Shown piece after piece: positions 11,301-23,500 of a stretch of 64,000 nucleotides of DNA. The notes beneath the pieces are model-generated. The model did not search any database, had not been told where the DNA came from, and saw only the letters and a list, made by a program, of their open reading frames with translations. Made by a program: the position numbers and the translations under genes. Every line of letters begins with the position of its first letter. Position 1 is the stretch's first letter. Source of the stretch: Glycera tridactyla (lineage: Eukaryota); the NCBI GenBank assembly GCA_965644265.1, contig OZ286459.1, positions 51,398,001 through 51,462,000 of the forward strand, given 5' to 3'.

Positions 11301-14165
11301 TACAGCGTTGTCAATACACAAAGATCAGAGAATGGTCACTCAGACCGGGATTTAGAGTGCCAGAGTAGGAGTATTGCGAGACGTTATTTGTCCAAATATG
11401 GTCAATTAAGGTAGCACTTCTTTCAGATACTCTTGTTTCATGCGTAATGAGTTGTCCTAGATGGTATTTGTGAGTGAGTCTTCCCAGGCGTCTCACAGCA
11501 GGGCTGGTTTTCATTAAATCAATATTCAGATCCCCCATCATTAAAATATCAGAATAATATTCAGGACCAAGTCTAAAGAAGCTTTCCTCTAATTCATTTA
11601 GGGTTATCTCCACACTGCCTCCTGGTGGTCGATAGATAGCAGCGATATATGTGTTTTTGGTATTTGGAAGGCGGAGACGAAGCCAGAGGAGTTCGATGTG
11701 TGGAGAAACATAATAAGTATTATCGATTACGCTGAAATCATATCTATTATCGGTATAAACAAGCAAGCCACCCCCACTACACTTCCCACTAGATCCAGTC
11801 CTGTCCCCCCTATGTATACAGTAACCTGAGATTTCTAATTCATTGTCTTCAATGCTGTTATTTGAAAATGTTTCTGATAAGGCCAGCTTGCTCATCGTAA
11901 GTAAAACTTTGACATCATCTAACTTTCTCATGACACTCCTAATATTTGAAAAGCCATACCCAAGTTGTTTTCGATGCGACAGTGCTCTGATACAATAATC
12001 TAGTTTTGTGATTGGATAAGGAATAGGGAAGGGTATCATATTATCAACAAATATAACAGAAAGACATGAATTCTAACAAGAGCGAACAGTCAATTAGGAA
12101 CATATGACACGGAACAATAGAACAAAAAAGAGGGAAAAAAGTATGGATCACGCAACAACTGATTATGCTGGGTGGCCAGATGAAAAGAGTGTGTCTGTAC
12201 TTATTATTAGATCACACCAACCATCTCACCTTTGTCCATTGATTCATATAATTTCTCTGTAAAAGCCACGAGAGATGTTATGGTGGAGTGATGTTTCCTG
12301 AATCCGGATTGGGCCTCCAAAACGGTTTCATTCTGATTAAAATAGTCGACCAACTGGTTGTGGACAACGCGTTCAGCAAGCTTGGTAAGACAAGGTAGGA
12401 CTGAGATGGGGCGGAAGTCCTTTGCGAGTTCTGCTGATTTAGGTTTGGGCAGGGGGGTTACAATACCTCTTCTCCAGGATGGCGGGAATTCACATTCTGA
12501 TACAGACATGATGACAATTCTCAAATGAATGGGTGTTAAACCTTTCACTGAGAGCTTCAAGTAGCTATTCGTGAAGACATCTTCAGCAGACGCCTTCGAC
12601 ACTTTCATTTTGGAGATCGCACTAGAAATTTCATTGTGTGTAACCGCTTTGAAGGTACATTTAGAGGCGGCATGTCTATTCTCATATCAGTATTGCATGA
12701 CTCAATATTTTAAGCAAGCTCTGGGCCAATGTTAACAAAATAATTATTCGAGGCCATTGCATTTTCTAGGTCGGTGGTGGCATCGCCAATAACGATTTTC
12801 TTTATAGATTTACCAGAGTTTCTAGGCCATAGGGAGCGATAAACCTGCCAGATCTTTTTACTATCCCCATTTGCCTCTTGGATTTCCTTATCTAAGTAAT
12901 TGCGCTTAAGAGAATCCCTCAGTTATTCACATCTTGTAGAGCAAAAAATATTGTTCGCTAGGTGACCTGGATCTTTTTACCTGTCCCAACGCGATGCCCA
13001 GTATGCCTGGCGATCGACCCAGTTCTGGTAATCAAAGTTAGCCCAGGGGGAGTTATTTATACGCCGATTTTTTGTCTGGAGGGGCATATGCTTGTCAAGC
13101 ACATCGATAAAGATAGTGTCAATTCACTAATCTCGTTGTCTAGATCTCCCAGGCTAATTTCTATTTCAGAGGTATGTAAATATAGATCTCAATTGAAAGC
13201 TTCTTCATGAAAATATCTCTTGGTTTGGAACTGGAAGGATCGTCTTTCCTTACTGATTTTACAGCGTTGTCAATACACAAAGATCAGAGAATGGTCACTC
13301 AGACCGGGATTTAGAGTGCCAGAGTAGGAGTATTGCGAGACGTTATTTGTCCAAATATGGTCAATTAAGGTAGCACTTCTTTCAGATACTCTTGTTTCAT
13401 GCGTAATGAGTTGTCCTAGATGGTATTTGTGAGTGAGTCTTCCCAGGCGTCTCACAGCAGGGCTGGTTTTCATTAAATCAATATTCAGATCCCCCATCAT
13501 CAAAATATCAGAATAATATTCAGGACCAAGTCTAAAGAAGCTTTCCTCTAATTCATTTAGGGTTATCTCCACACTGCCTCCTGGTGGTCGATAGATAGCA
13601 GCGATATATGTGTTTTTGGTATTTGGAAGGCTGAGACGAAGCCAGAGGAGTTCGATGTGTGGAGAAACATAATGAGTGTTATCGATTACGCTGAAATCAT
13701 ATCTATTATCGGTATAAACAAGCAAGCCACCCCCACTACACTTCCCACTAGATCCAGTCCTGTTCCCCCTATGTATACAGTAACCTGAGATTTCTAATTC
13801 ATTGTCTTCAATGCTGTTATTTAAAAATGTTTCTGACAAGGCCAGCTTGCTCATCGTAAGTAAAACTTTGACATCATCTAACTTTCTCATGACACTCCTA
13901 ATATTTGAAAAGCCATACCCAAGTTGTTTTCGATGCGACAGTGCTCTGATACAATAATCTAGTTTTGTGATTGGATAAGGAATAGGGAAGGGTATCATAT
14001 TATCAACAAATATAACAGAAAGACATGAATTCTAACAAGAGCGAACAGTCAATTAGGAACATATGACACGGAACAATAGAACAAAAAAGAGGGAAAAAAG
14101 TATGGATCACGCAACAACTGATTATGCTGGGTGGCCAGATGAAAAGAGTGTGTCTGTACTTATTA

Positions 14166-14567
14166 TTAGATCACACCAACCATCTCACCTTTGTCCATTG
14201 ATTCATATAATTTCTCTGTAAAAGCCACGAGAGATGTTATGGTGGAGTGATGTTTCCTGAATCCGGATTGGGCCTCCAAAACGGTTTCATTCTGATTAAA
14301 ATAGTCGACCAACTGGTTGTGGACAACGCGTTCAGCAAGCTCGGTAAGACGAGGTAGGACTGAGATGGGGCGGAAGTCCTTTGCGAGTTCTGCTGATTTA
14401 GGTTTGGGCAGGGGGGTTACAATACCTCTTTTCCAGGATGGCGGGAATTCACATTCTGATACAGACATGATGACGATTCTCAAATGAATGGGTGTTAAAC
14501 CTTTCACTGAGAGCTTCAAGTAGCTATTCGTGAAGACATCTTCAGCAGACGCCTTCGACACTTTCAT
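14166..14567 (-). pseudogene. RT N-terminal fragment of LINE-b (representative of five copies), cut just before the FLDL motif
   Basis: FPPSWKRGIVTPLPK, FRPISVLP, AERVVHNQL, QSGFRKHHST, then GVI-stop at the array junction. Confidence 0.9.
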
Positions 14568-15228
14568 TTTGGAGATTGCACTAGAAATTTCATTGTGTGT
14601 AACCGCTTTGAAGGTACATTTAGAGGCGGCATGTCTATTCTCATATCAGTATTGCATGACTCAATATTTTAAGCAAGCTCTGGGCCAATGTTAACAAAAT
14701 AATTATTCAAGGCCATTGCATTTTCTAGGTCGGTGGTGGCATCGCCAATAACGATTTTCTTTATAGATTTACCAGAGTTTCTAGGCCATAGGGAGCGATA
14801 AACCTGCCAGATCTTTTTACTATCCCCATTTGCCTCTTGGATTTCCTTATCTAAGTAATTGCGCTTAAGAGAATCCCTCAGTTATTCACATCTTGTAGAG
14901 CAAAAAATATTGTTCGCTAGGTGACCTGGATCTTTTTACCTGTCCCAACGCGATGCCCAGTATGCCTGGCAATCGACCCAGTTCTGGTAATCAAAGTTAG
15001 CCCAGGGGGAGTTATTTATACGCCGATTTTTTGTCTGGAGGGGCATATGCTTGTCAAGCACATCGATAAAAATAGTGTCCATTCACTAATCTCGTTGTCT
15101 AGATCTTCCAGGCTAATTTCTATTTCAGAGGTATGTAAATATAGATCTCAATTGAAAGCTTCTTCATGAAAATATCTCTTGGATTGGAACTGGAAGGATC
15201 GTCTTTCCTTACTGATTTTACAGCGTTG

Positions 15229-15966
15229 TCAATACACAAAGATCAGAGAATGGTCACTCAGACCGGGATTTAGAGTGCCAGAGTAGGAATATTGCGAGAT
15301 GTTATTTGTCCAAATATGGTCAATTAAGGTAGCACTTCTTTCAGATACTCTTGTTTCATGCGTAATGAGTTGTCCTAGATGGTATTTGTGAGTGAGTCTT
15401 CCCAGGCATCTCACAGCAGGGCTGGTTTTCATTAAATCAATATTCAGATCCCCCATCATTAAAATATCAGAATAATATTCAGGACCAAGTCTAAAGAAGC
15501 TTTCCTCTAATTCATTTAGGGTTATCTCCACACTGCCTCCTGGTGGTCGATAGATAGCAGCGATATATGTGTTTTTGGTATTTGGAAGGCGGAGACGAAG
15601 CCAGAGGAGTTCGATGTGTGGAGAAACATAATGAGTGTTATCGATTACGCTGAAATCATATCTATTATCGGTATAAACAAGCAAGCCACCCCCACTACAC
15701 TTCCCACTAGATCCAGTCCTGTCCCCCCTATGTATACAGTAACCTGAGATTTCTAATTCATTGTCTTCAATGCTGTTTTTTAAAAATGTTTCTGGTAAGG
15801 CCAGCTTGCTCATCGTAAGTAAAACTTTGACATCATCTAACTTTCTCATGACACTCCTAATATTTGAAAAGCCATACCCAAGTTGTTTTTGATGCGACAG
15901 TGCTCTGATACAATAATCTAGTTTTGTGATTGGATAAGGAGTAGGGAAGGGTATCATATTATCCAC
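15229..15966 (-). pseudogene. APE endonuclease fragment of LINE-b (representative of six array copies)
   Basis: SNIRS, ETFL, RGDR...GGG, IYRPP, MGDLNIDL, TLIDHIW, LSDH motifs, followed by in-frame TGA stops shared by all copies. Confidence 0.9.
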
Positions 15967-17223
15967 AAATATAACAGAAAGACATGAATTTTAACAAGAG
16001 CGAACAGTCAATTAGGAACATATGACACAGAACAATAGAACAAAAAAGAGGGAAAAAAGTATGGATCACGCAACAACTGATTATGCTGGGTGGCCAGATG
16101 AAAAGAGTGTGTCTGTACTTATTATTAGATCCGGGGGACCTAGTAAGTAAGAAACATAATACAGCAGATGGCCATGTTGGGCTTGGAAAAAAAAGGATCC
16201 AGTGCTACGGTCAATAAGAGCTCCATGGATTCACTTATGAAATCATACATTTGGTTTACCTTTACAGAATCGTCTTATTTCCTTCATACTTCTTGTTAAT
16301 GCTTATTAAGCGACAATCAACAACTCAATTGCCTGTCACTCATCAAAGACAGGCACGTTCATTATCCAAATAGTCCATAAATTCACATGCATTTGTACGA
16401 CCACATTATCGGGGACGATTATGATATCTGTTTACCGTTAGTCCAATATATACACAGCTATTCCATGTCCCTCAGTAATATGACGAAACACATTGAAAAC
16501 ACTTTGAAGTCAAAGGATAAAAAAACTTTGAAAAAATGTCGAGACAAGCAAAGCAAAAAGCGATAACAAAAGTAAAAGAGCAAAAAAGCAAGAAAGACCA
16601 AGAGAATACATCTCAGCAGATGGCCTAAATGACAATTAAATCAAGAGACATGGCTACATGGACAGAATTACCTAAATTTGACCAGTATTATTGTCAGCGC
16701 TGCTAGTACCTCCTCGAAAGCCAATAATTGAAATGAAGATCAGTTTACGTAGCATAGTGACAATAACATGTAATGCAGCTAATAGGGCCAAGCACATTGT
16801 ACCTTTGCACAAGTGTTGAGAAGAGACCAGGACTAATGACAGACATCTAAAATACAAGTAAATATTAGGATCATAAATTCGTAATTCCTCCTCGGTCCTA
16901 GAATCATAGGTTCGTGATTCTTTGGTGTGTTCTGCCTATGGTGGCATTATTCAGTGGCAGATGGAGCTCCGCCTTGCAAGAATATATAGGCAGAGCTTCG
17001 AACGGATAAGCAGAAAACAAGTAACAAAAACAGGATGTAGGTAATGTTCAAGTGGCCAGGGACACTCGAGAAAGGCTGAAAACATCAGCTTGATCTGAGT
17101 TGAAGTTGGAGGGAATCAAGATTGGAAACATCAGGTTGAGTTGAGTTGAAGTTGGAGGGAATCAGCCTGGATATCCGTCATTGCGGCTAAGAATGCTTGA
17201 TACAGATGTTAATCAGCCTCAAA

Positions 17224-17484
17224 GTGATGACATACGTCACCTGAGAGTGCGGCTTCAAGAATGCATGTTTAACCACACAGGAAGTATCGCATGAAGTTCT
17301 GACGACACAGCGAGGAAGGTGGTGTCACCGATTACTCGCAAAGGTGATGACATGCGTCACCAAGAGAGGACCCTACGATGTGTAATTCACTATGAGGATA
17401 CAACGAGGAAATACATATATGGCGTCCCTTTGACATGGATAAAGTGCATCAACATGAAACCGCAAAATGATGACATGCGTCACT
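17224..17484. repeat. Three copies (~120-bp spacing) of a palindromic motif TGATGACAT(G/A)CGTCAC
   Basis: Copies at ~17226, ~17346 and ~17468; the sequences between them are dissimilar. Confidence 0.65.
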
Positions 17485-18060
17485 AGGAGGGAAGGTGTAT
17501 GCCACCGGAAACTTGTCCCATGGCACAGACAGTGCGTCCACTGCCAGTGCCATTTGGGACGGAAACGGACTAAGGAAAACTGAAAGTTTGTTGTTGAGTG
17601 GAGTCGCAAACAAATCGACCACAGGAGACAGATTGGAAGCAGACAGAATCTGGGAAAATACAACGGCGTCCAGCTCCCATTCCGTATTGATGGGTTTGGC
17701 TCGAGAGAGCGCGTCTGCGAGGACGTTTTGCTCTCCCAGGATATGGCAAACTAGAAGATGAACTGATAAATCCTTGACAAGCGAGAATATCATCCACACC
17801 AGCCCACAAAGCAGGGACGAATTGGTGCCTCCCTGCTTCAATGAATATGCCACAGCCGTGAAAATGTCTGAAAGGACCATGATGGTCTGGTCCTTGACCT
17901 GATCTGAAAACTCCATGAGAGCCAGAAGCACAGCCTCAAACTCCAGAGCGTTGATCGAGCGACCTATCCTGGATGGAGGCCACTCGGCTGAGGCTTGCCA
18001 CAGGTCTTCGTTCAGGGACAGATGAGCTCCCCAACCCTGCAGGGAGGCATCTGTTGTCAA
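17449..18060 (-). pseudogene. DIRS RNase H + Dam-like adenine methyltransferase domain
   Basis: TDASLQGWGAH, INALEFEAV, HILGEQNVLADALSR (RNase H); VDLFATPLNNKL..VDALSVPW..AYTFPP (DIRS MT domain). Confidence 0.85.
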
Positions 18061-20471
18061 AGTTATGGTGGGATGACGTGGCTTCCTTCTCCCGCCACCA
18101 GGAAATGATCTGCAAAACCTCTAGACTTTCCATAAACGGTCTCCACTGTGACTGCAGAGCCATCTGGATCAGACGCATGTATAGACGTCCCAGGGATACA
18201 AAGTCCGCCATACTCGAAAGATGGCCCAAAAGTCTGAGGACGGCTCTGGCTGGCTCCGAGGCCTGCGAAGGAAAACCTTGGCACACCCAATCAGCTTGTC
18301 CACCCTCTTGATTGCCGGCCGGACCAAACCCAGGTGGGTGTCGAACTCGATGACTAAGTATGTGAACTTCTGGCTTGGTGTCAAGTTCGACTTGGCCAAA
18401 TTGACCAACCACCCGAGTTCGGTTGCCAGCTTGAGGACATTTCAACTGATCCTGTGGAACCAAGGGATCTTGGTGCCTCAGCAGCGGGTCATCCAAGTAA
18501 AAATGGACTCTGATCTCTGTCTTGTGCAAGTGTTGGGCCAGCTCCCGAAGAACCATGGTGAACACCCTGGGAGCCGTGCTCAATCCAAAGGGTAGAGCCC
18601 TGAATTGGTATGCCTCTACTTCGGACACGGCAAAATGCAGAAACTTCTGGTATTTTGGGTTGATCGGGACGTGAAAATATGCATCTTTCAGGTCGATTGC
18701 TGCTCCACTGGGACGTGTCTCCCAGGGGTGCACTTCCTGGATCTAAAAAAAGCGTTTGACACTGTGAATCATGATATCTTATTATTAAGATTGCGACAGC
18801 TGGGTCTACGAAACAGCTCTGTAATGTGATTCAGTTCATACTTGTCTGACAGACGGCAACGTACAAAATTTCAAAATGTTATATCTGATGAGGCGAATGT
18901 AATGTTTGGGGTCCCCCAGGTGTCAATTTTGGGGCCGCTGCTCTTTGTCGCATATGTGAATGAATTACCAAATGTCATCAATCATAGTTCAGCTTTCCTT
19001 TATGCAGATGATATTGCTCTCATAGTCTCTGACAAGGATAAATCTACTATAATCAGCAAATTGGAACAGGACCTGTTGCGCATCTCTACATGGTTCAGAC
19101 AGATGAAATTGCCATTGAATGTGGCAAAGTCTGTCATGATGTTTTTTGGAACTCGCCCCAATTACGTCATATTACATTGGACCGACTGAATTTTAATGGT
19201 GCAGAAATAAAACGTGTAGATAGCTTCAAGTATCTGGGAATAACCTTGGATGAGCATCTAACTTTTGATGATCACATCAGTAAGCTTATCAGGAAAGTCG
19301 ACACCCGGCGTATGGCGCTCAGGCATATTCAACCCTATATATCCCAAAATAGGGCTCTTTTTCTGTATCATTCCCTTGTTCAGTCTGTCTTGTCCATATA
19401 TATGATGCGTGCAATCGTTCAAACAGTTATAAATTGCAAATGTGTCAAAACAGATGTTTGAGGACTGTTCTTGGTGTTGCCCCATCATATTCTGCAACTG
19501 CATGTCATTCAATCCTGAAGGTTCACTATCTTGAGACTCTCCGTACAAGGAAGCTCAATGCTGAAATTTTCAAGTTGGTCATGAATCCGAACATGCTCTG
19601 GTGTGCTGGCTCATTGAAACAATGTTAGAAGGTCATATGTAGGCTAACATGACAGAGCATCAGAAATGATTCAGAAATAAATCAAACAAAGACTGTCTTT
19701 GCTGACGGTAATGTTTTCATTCGGGGAGCAAAAGCATGGAATCTTCTCCCAAGTGATATCAGGGAGTCTGCAGATGTGTCGAATTTCAAACGCGAGCTAA
19801 AGCGCTTTCTCCCACTTTAATATTTTACATGACAGGCATGGTCAAATGAATCAATAGCTGCGTCTCTCTTTATCGACTCCATGATGAGTCCATATGTATA
19901 TACATGTATTCTAAGTTTTATTTTTGTTTCCTTATGTGCCTTGACATATAATATTGTCCACGAGAGCATGTACTATGTACTATGTACCATGACTTTTGTG
20001 AATGAAACATTATACAACAAAAATGGAGAGGGTCCAGTCACCCAGCACTACCAACTTGACCACGGACGCGACCGTCTCCATCTTGAACCATTGATTGTAT
20101 ACATATGCGTTCAGCGGCTTGAGATTGATCACTGGCCTGAAGCCTCCAGTTGCTTTGGAGACCACTTCCCTTCCTGGTTTGACAGGTCTACTGGAACCAC
20201 TGCTCTCTTGTCTACCATGGCTCTGATCTCCAAAAGCAGTGCCTCCCTCTTTTCCCGCCCCCTTCGGTAGAGAAAAGGGCAGAAAGGTTTGGGAGAGAGG
20301 CGGCTGCTCCAGAAAGGACAACGAGAGGCCCTTCCCCACAATCCCCAACACGCACTGATTCTCTGTCAAATTCTTCCACGGTGGAAGAAAATCCAACAGC
20401 CTGGCACCAACAATCTGCGTTCCCATCGGGGTGGCGCACGCACCCCTAGGGCTGTTGCTTTCCTCTGCCAC
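18060..20471 (-). pseudogene. DIRS reverse transcriptase split by the LINE-c insertion
   Basis: GGFRPVINLKPLN..FKMET..DWTLSI | DLKDAYFHVPI..YQFRALPFGLSTAPRVFT..FYLDD; removing 18698-20022 restores WTLSIDLKDAYFH. Confidence 0.9.
18698..20022 (+). mobile_element. 5'-truncated CR1/L2-type LINE-c inserted into the DIRS-A RT
   Basis: FLDLKKAFDTVNH, GVPQVSILGPLLF, YADD, FKYLGITLD, C-terminal GAKAWNLLP; A-rich 3' end; AT shared at both junctions (18696-97 and 20023-24). Confidence 0.92.
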
Positions 20472-20523
20472 GCCCTTTGCTGTAAGTTACCTTGAACTCC
20501 GTTTTCTTTTTCTTGCCCTGCTA

Positions 20524-23500
20524 TTAATTACCTTGACCAGAAGCAGACGCGTCCGCCTGTCTCTGACTCTGACCACCACCACGGCCTTTCCCTCTTTTAT
20601 TCCCTCGTCCACCACCCCTACTCTCAGAGGAATCATGGCGTGGCTTTTTCTGTGAAGCATTGTTTGAACCTGATCTCGAGGGCTTGAAATCATGCTCACA
20701 TTCCCTCTGCCTATGTCCTCTCTCCAAGGCCCTAGCACAGGCCTCATTCAGCTCGCTGCCAAACAAATATGTCTGGCCTAACAGGAGGACACGAAGTTTG
20801 GCACAGGTATCCTCATCGAAGTACAATGTCTTCAAAGCCGTGGTTCTTCTGGACAGCACCATATTCCCCAGGACCATGAGGGTAGCATGCTCCACAGCGT
20901 GGAGACCAACAAGAAAAGCTTCTTTGGCCTTCTCCTTAGTATCAGGGATATCACTGTCAGTAAGATCCCCTGCATCCAAACCAGTAGCTAGAGCTAAATC
21001 TGAATAGCTCAGCATCTTCAGAGCTTCCCTAAGGGTTACCTAATCGTTGGACGCTTTGGTGTCAGACTTGGATGCTTTGCTGTACTGGGCATAGTTGGGG
21101 TCTTTTTAAGGAGCCTCTATGATATAGTCCTTGGGACGATCACCGTACCTCCTAATCTGGTAAGATCTAGGGTTACACCCATAGACCTTAGGGAGGGAAA
21201 CCTCAAAATATTGTGAGTTTGTCTCATAAAGGCCGCTTTCTCCTATGGAGAAATCTTCCAGAGACACAGACGGAGACTGAACTGCATCATCCTCATCCAG
21301 TCCCTGGACCGTCTTATCCAGAGGCTTTTGTGTGTTAAACAGTAACGAGGAAATTGGCAATGCAGATTCCATTGATTTCTGCATTTCCCTCTGATGTCTA
21401 AGGACTTCCTGAGCATTATCCATGTTCTTATAGGCTACGCTACGTCCTTTGAGCTCTCTGGGAAGTGGGGGTGGTACGTCTTCAGGGATAATCTCTGCTG
21501 CTAACTCCCTGAAATTCCTGAGCCGTCTTTTGACTACCTGAATTTCAGCATCCTCATCATCGGAATCTTTCGAATCAGCCTTTCTTCTCTCTTCCTCTCT
21601 CTTCCTATCATTATTCATCAAGTCTATCTTTTCCTGCATGGAATGACTAATTGCAGCTTGTTGGCGCTCCATCGGAGTGCTGCCATCAGACCAGATGGGA
21701 AACCAGACCTATCGGGACCCATCACTGCCTGGTCTTCTGGCAAAGCCGCAGTGTGTGCAATATCACCTGCTTTATCCTGCAACACAGACTACACAAGATA
21801 CTCCTCATCAGAGCTTTCAGACTCAGAGGAAAGTTCAACTTGTTGATTACTAGAAGCAACAGCAGACATCTGATTATTTTGGAGTGCTACTCTAGCACTA
21901 CTCATAGCATCCCTCAATCCTCCCAATCTCCTTTCTAACTTCTGCCTCTCCTCTCTAAATCTCCGCAACTGATTCATTAATTCCTCAGAATCAAAACCAA
22001 ATATCTATGGATCCAAGGGTCTTATACAGGACAGACATCCTGAAATCTATGTGACTTAGTAGGAGCATGAGAGACAATCTACTTGAAACCTTAGGCTTGC
22101 TAGAATCATGAGATTGCTTAGGATCCTACAATATACTAGGATCGTGAGAATTCTTAGGATACAAATCCTTAGTAGCACTAGAACCATGAGTGTCCTGAGA
22201 TCTCTTAGAATCATGGGACCTCTTAGGATCAACCAACTTCTTAAGATCATGAGAATTCTTAGGGTCATGAGATCCTCTAGGAATCTGCTTAGGGTTATGA
22301 GATTTCTTAGGAACCTGCTTAGAGTTGAGAGATTTCTTAGGATCCTGCTTAGGGTCATGAGATTCCTCATGATCCCGCTTAGGGTCATGAGATCTTCTAG
22401 GATCATGAGACTGCTTAGGACCATGCTTTGAATCACTAGACCTCTTAGTATCATGCTTATGATCACTAGACATCTTAGGATCATGCTCAGAACCACTAGC
22501 CCCCTTAGGATCGTGCTTATGATCACTAGATCTCCCAGGTTCATGCTCAGTATCACCAGACCTCTTAGGATGATGATTAGTATCACTAGACGCCTTAGGA
22601 CCATGCTAAGGATCACTATGCTCCTTAGGATGATGCTTAGAATCACTAGACTCCTTAGGGTCATGCTTAGGATCACTAGCTAACTAAGGATGATGCTTAG
22701 GATCGACAGATTTCTTAGGATTGTGCTTAGGATCCCGAGATTTCTTAGGATCATGCTCAGGATTACTAGCACACTTAGAATTCTGCTTAGAATCACAGAA
22801 ACTCCCAGAAACCTGCATTTTGTGATCCAAAACACCACCAGAAGACTGAGATAATTTCTCATCATGACTTGATCTCTTGGGAACAGGCTAAGATATGTCA
22901 TCAGACCTTCTCCCACTTGATGATCATCTATCCTGATCAGATTCACTGGAAGTAATCAACACTGCACATGTTGACCCATCAGAAGAAGGCTTCGACTTTG
23001 GAATATATTTCTGCATGGAAACATGATATTGAGGCACAATCTTTTCATCAGATAAACTTTGCTGTTTGCTATCTGCATTAGGCATTGGATCTGAACTATC
23101 TCTCTTGACAGGTACTTGTTTCAGCACAATACCCTGACTATGAGATACATGATAATGTCCCAATTGATCAACAGACTGAATATAAGTAGAACCAGACAAA
23201 ATCTGTCTCTTAGCTAGAGCTACTCTCCCAGGAAACACAGGACTATCAGTAGACTGTGAGCCACCATCCCCAGGCAGTGACCCTCTGTCATCAGACAACA
23301 TCGCATTATCACCTGACAATAACGCATCGTCAACGGGTGCCGCACTAGCAGACGGAGAACTATCACGGGCATGAGAGTGCGTGCTGAGTATGACTTCGCC
23401 ACCGGACACTCTTCCTGTCCTCCTATAGCGCTTCTCGACCGCTGTGCACAACCGGCTGCTACTCCTGCCCACGGATTTGCGGCCGGACATCTCCACGTCC

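Larger units (their letters stand above)
5349..16131 (-). repeat. Head-to-tail tandem array of ~5.5 copies of a ~1958-bp internal LINE segment (pre-ORF2 spacer + APE + linker + RT N-terminus)
   Basis: Junction AGATC at 6413, 8371, 10251, 12209, 14168 and 16127 (periods 1958, 1880, 1958, 1959, 1959). Six near-identical APE ORFs (5515, 7473, 9353, 11311, 13270, 15229) and five RT-N ORFs (6411, 8369, 10249, 12207, 14166). Confidence 0.97.

Noticed and set aside
16132-17200. Short hydrophobic ORFs or a 2A peptide upstream of LINE ORF2
   Set aside because: I found no DxExNPGP before either APE, and the short ORFs are not conserved between the two LINEs.
17224-17484. Repeat-spacer pattern as a CRISPR array or C/D-box snoRNA
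   Set aside because: Only three degenerate 16-mers with ~105-bp gaps, in a eukaryotic context with no cas genes. A CTGA D box follows only the first copy.
22056-22946. Leu/Ile/Met/Arg-rich ORFs on both strands as membrane or LRR proteins
   Set aside because: They are alternate-frame and antisense readings of the gag minisatellite.
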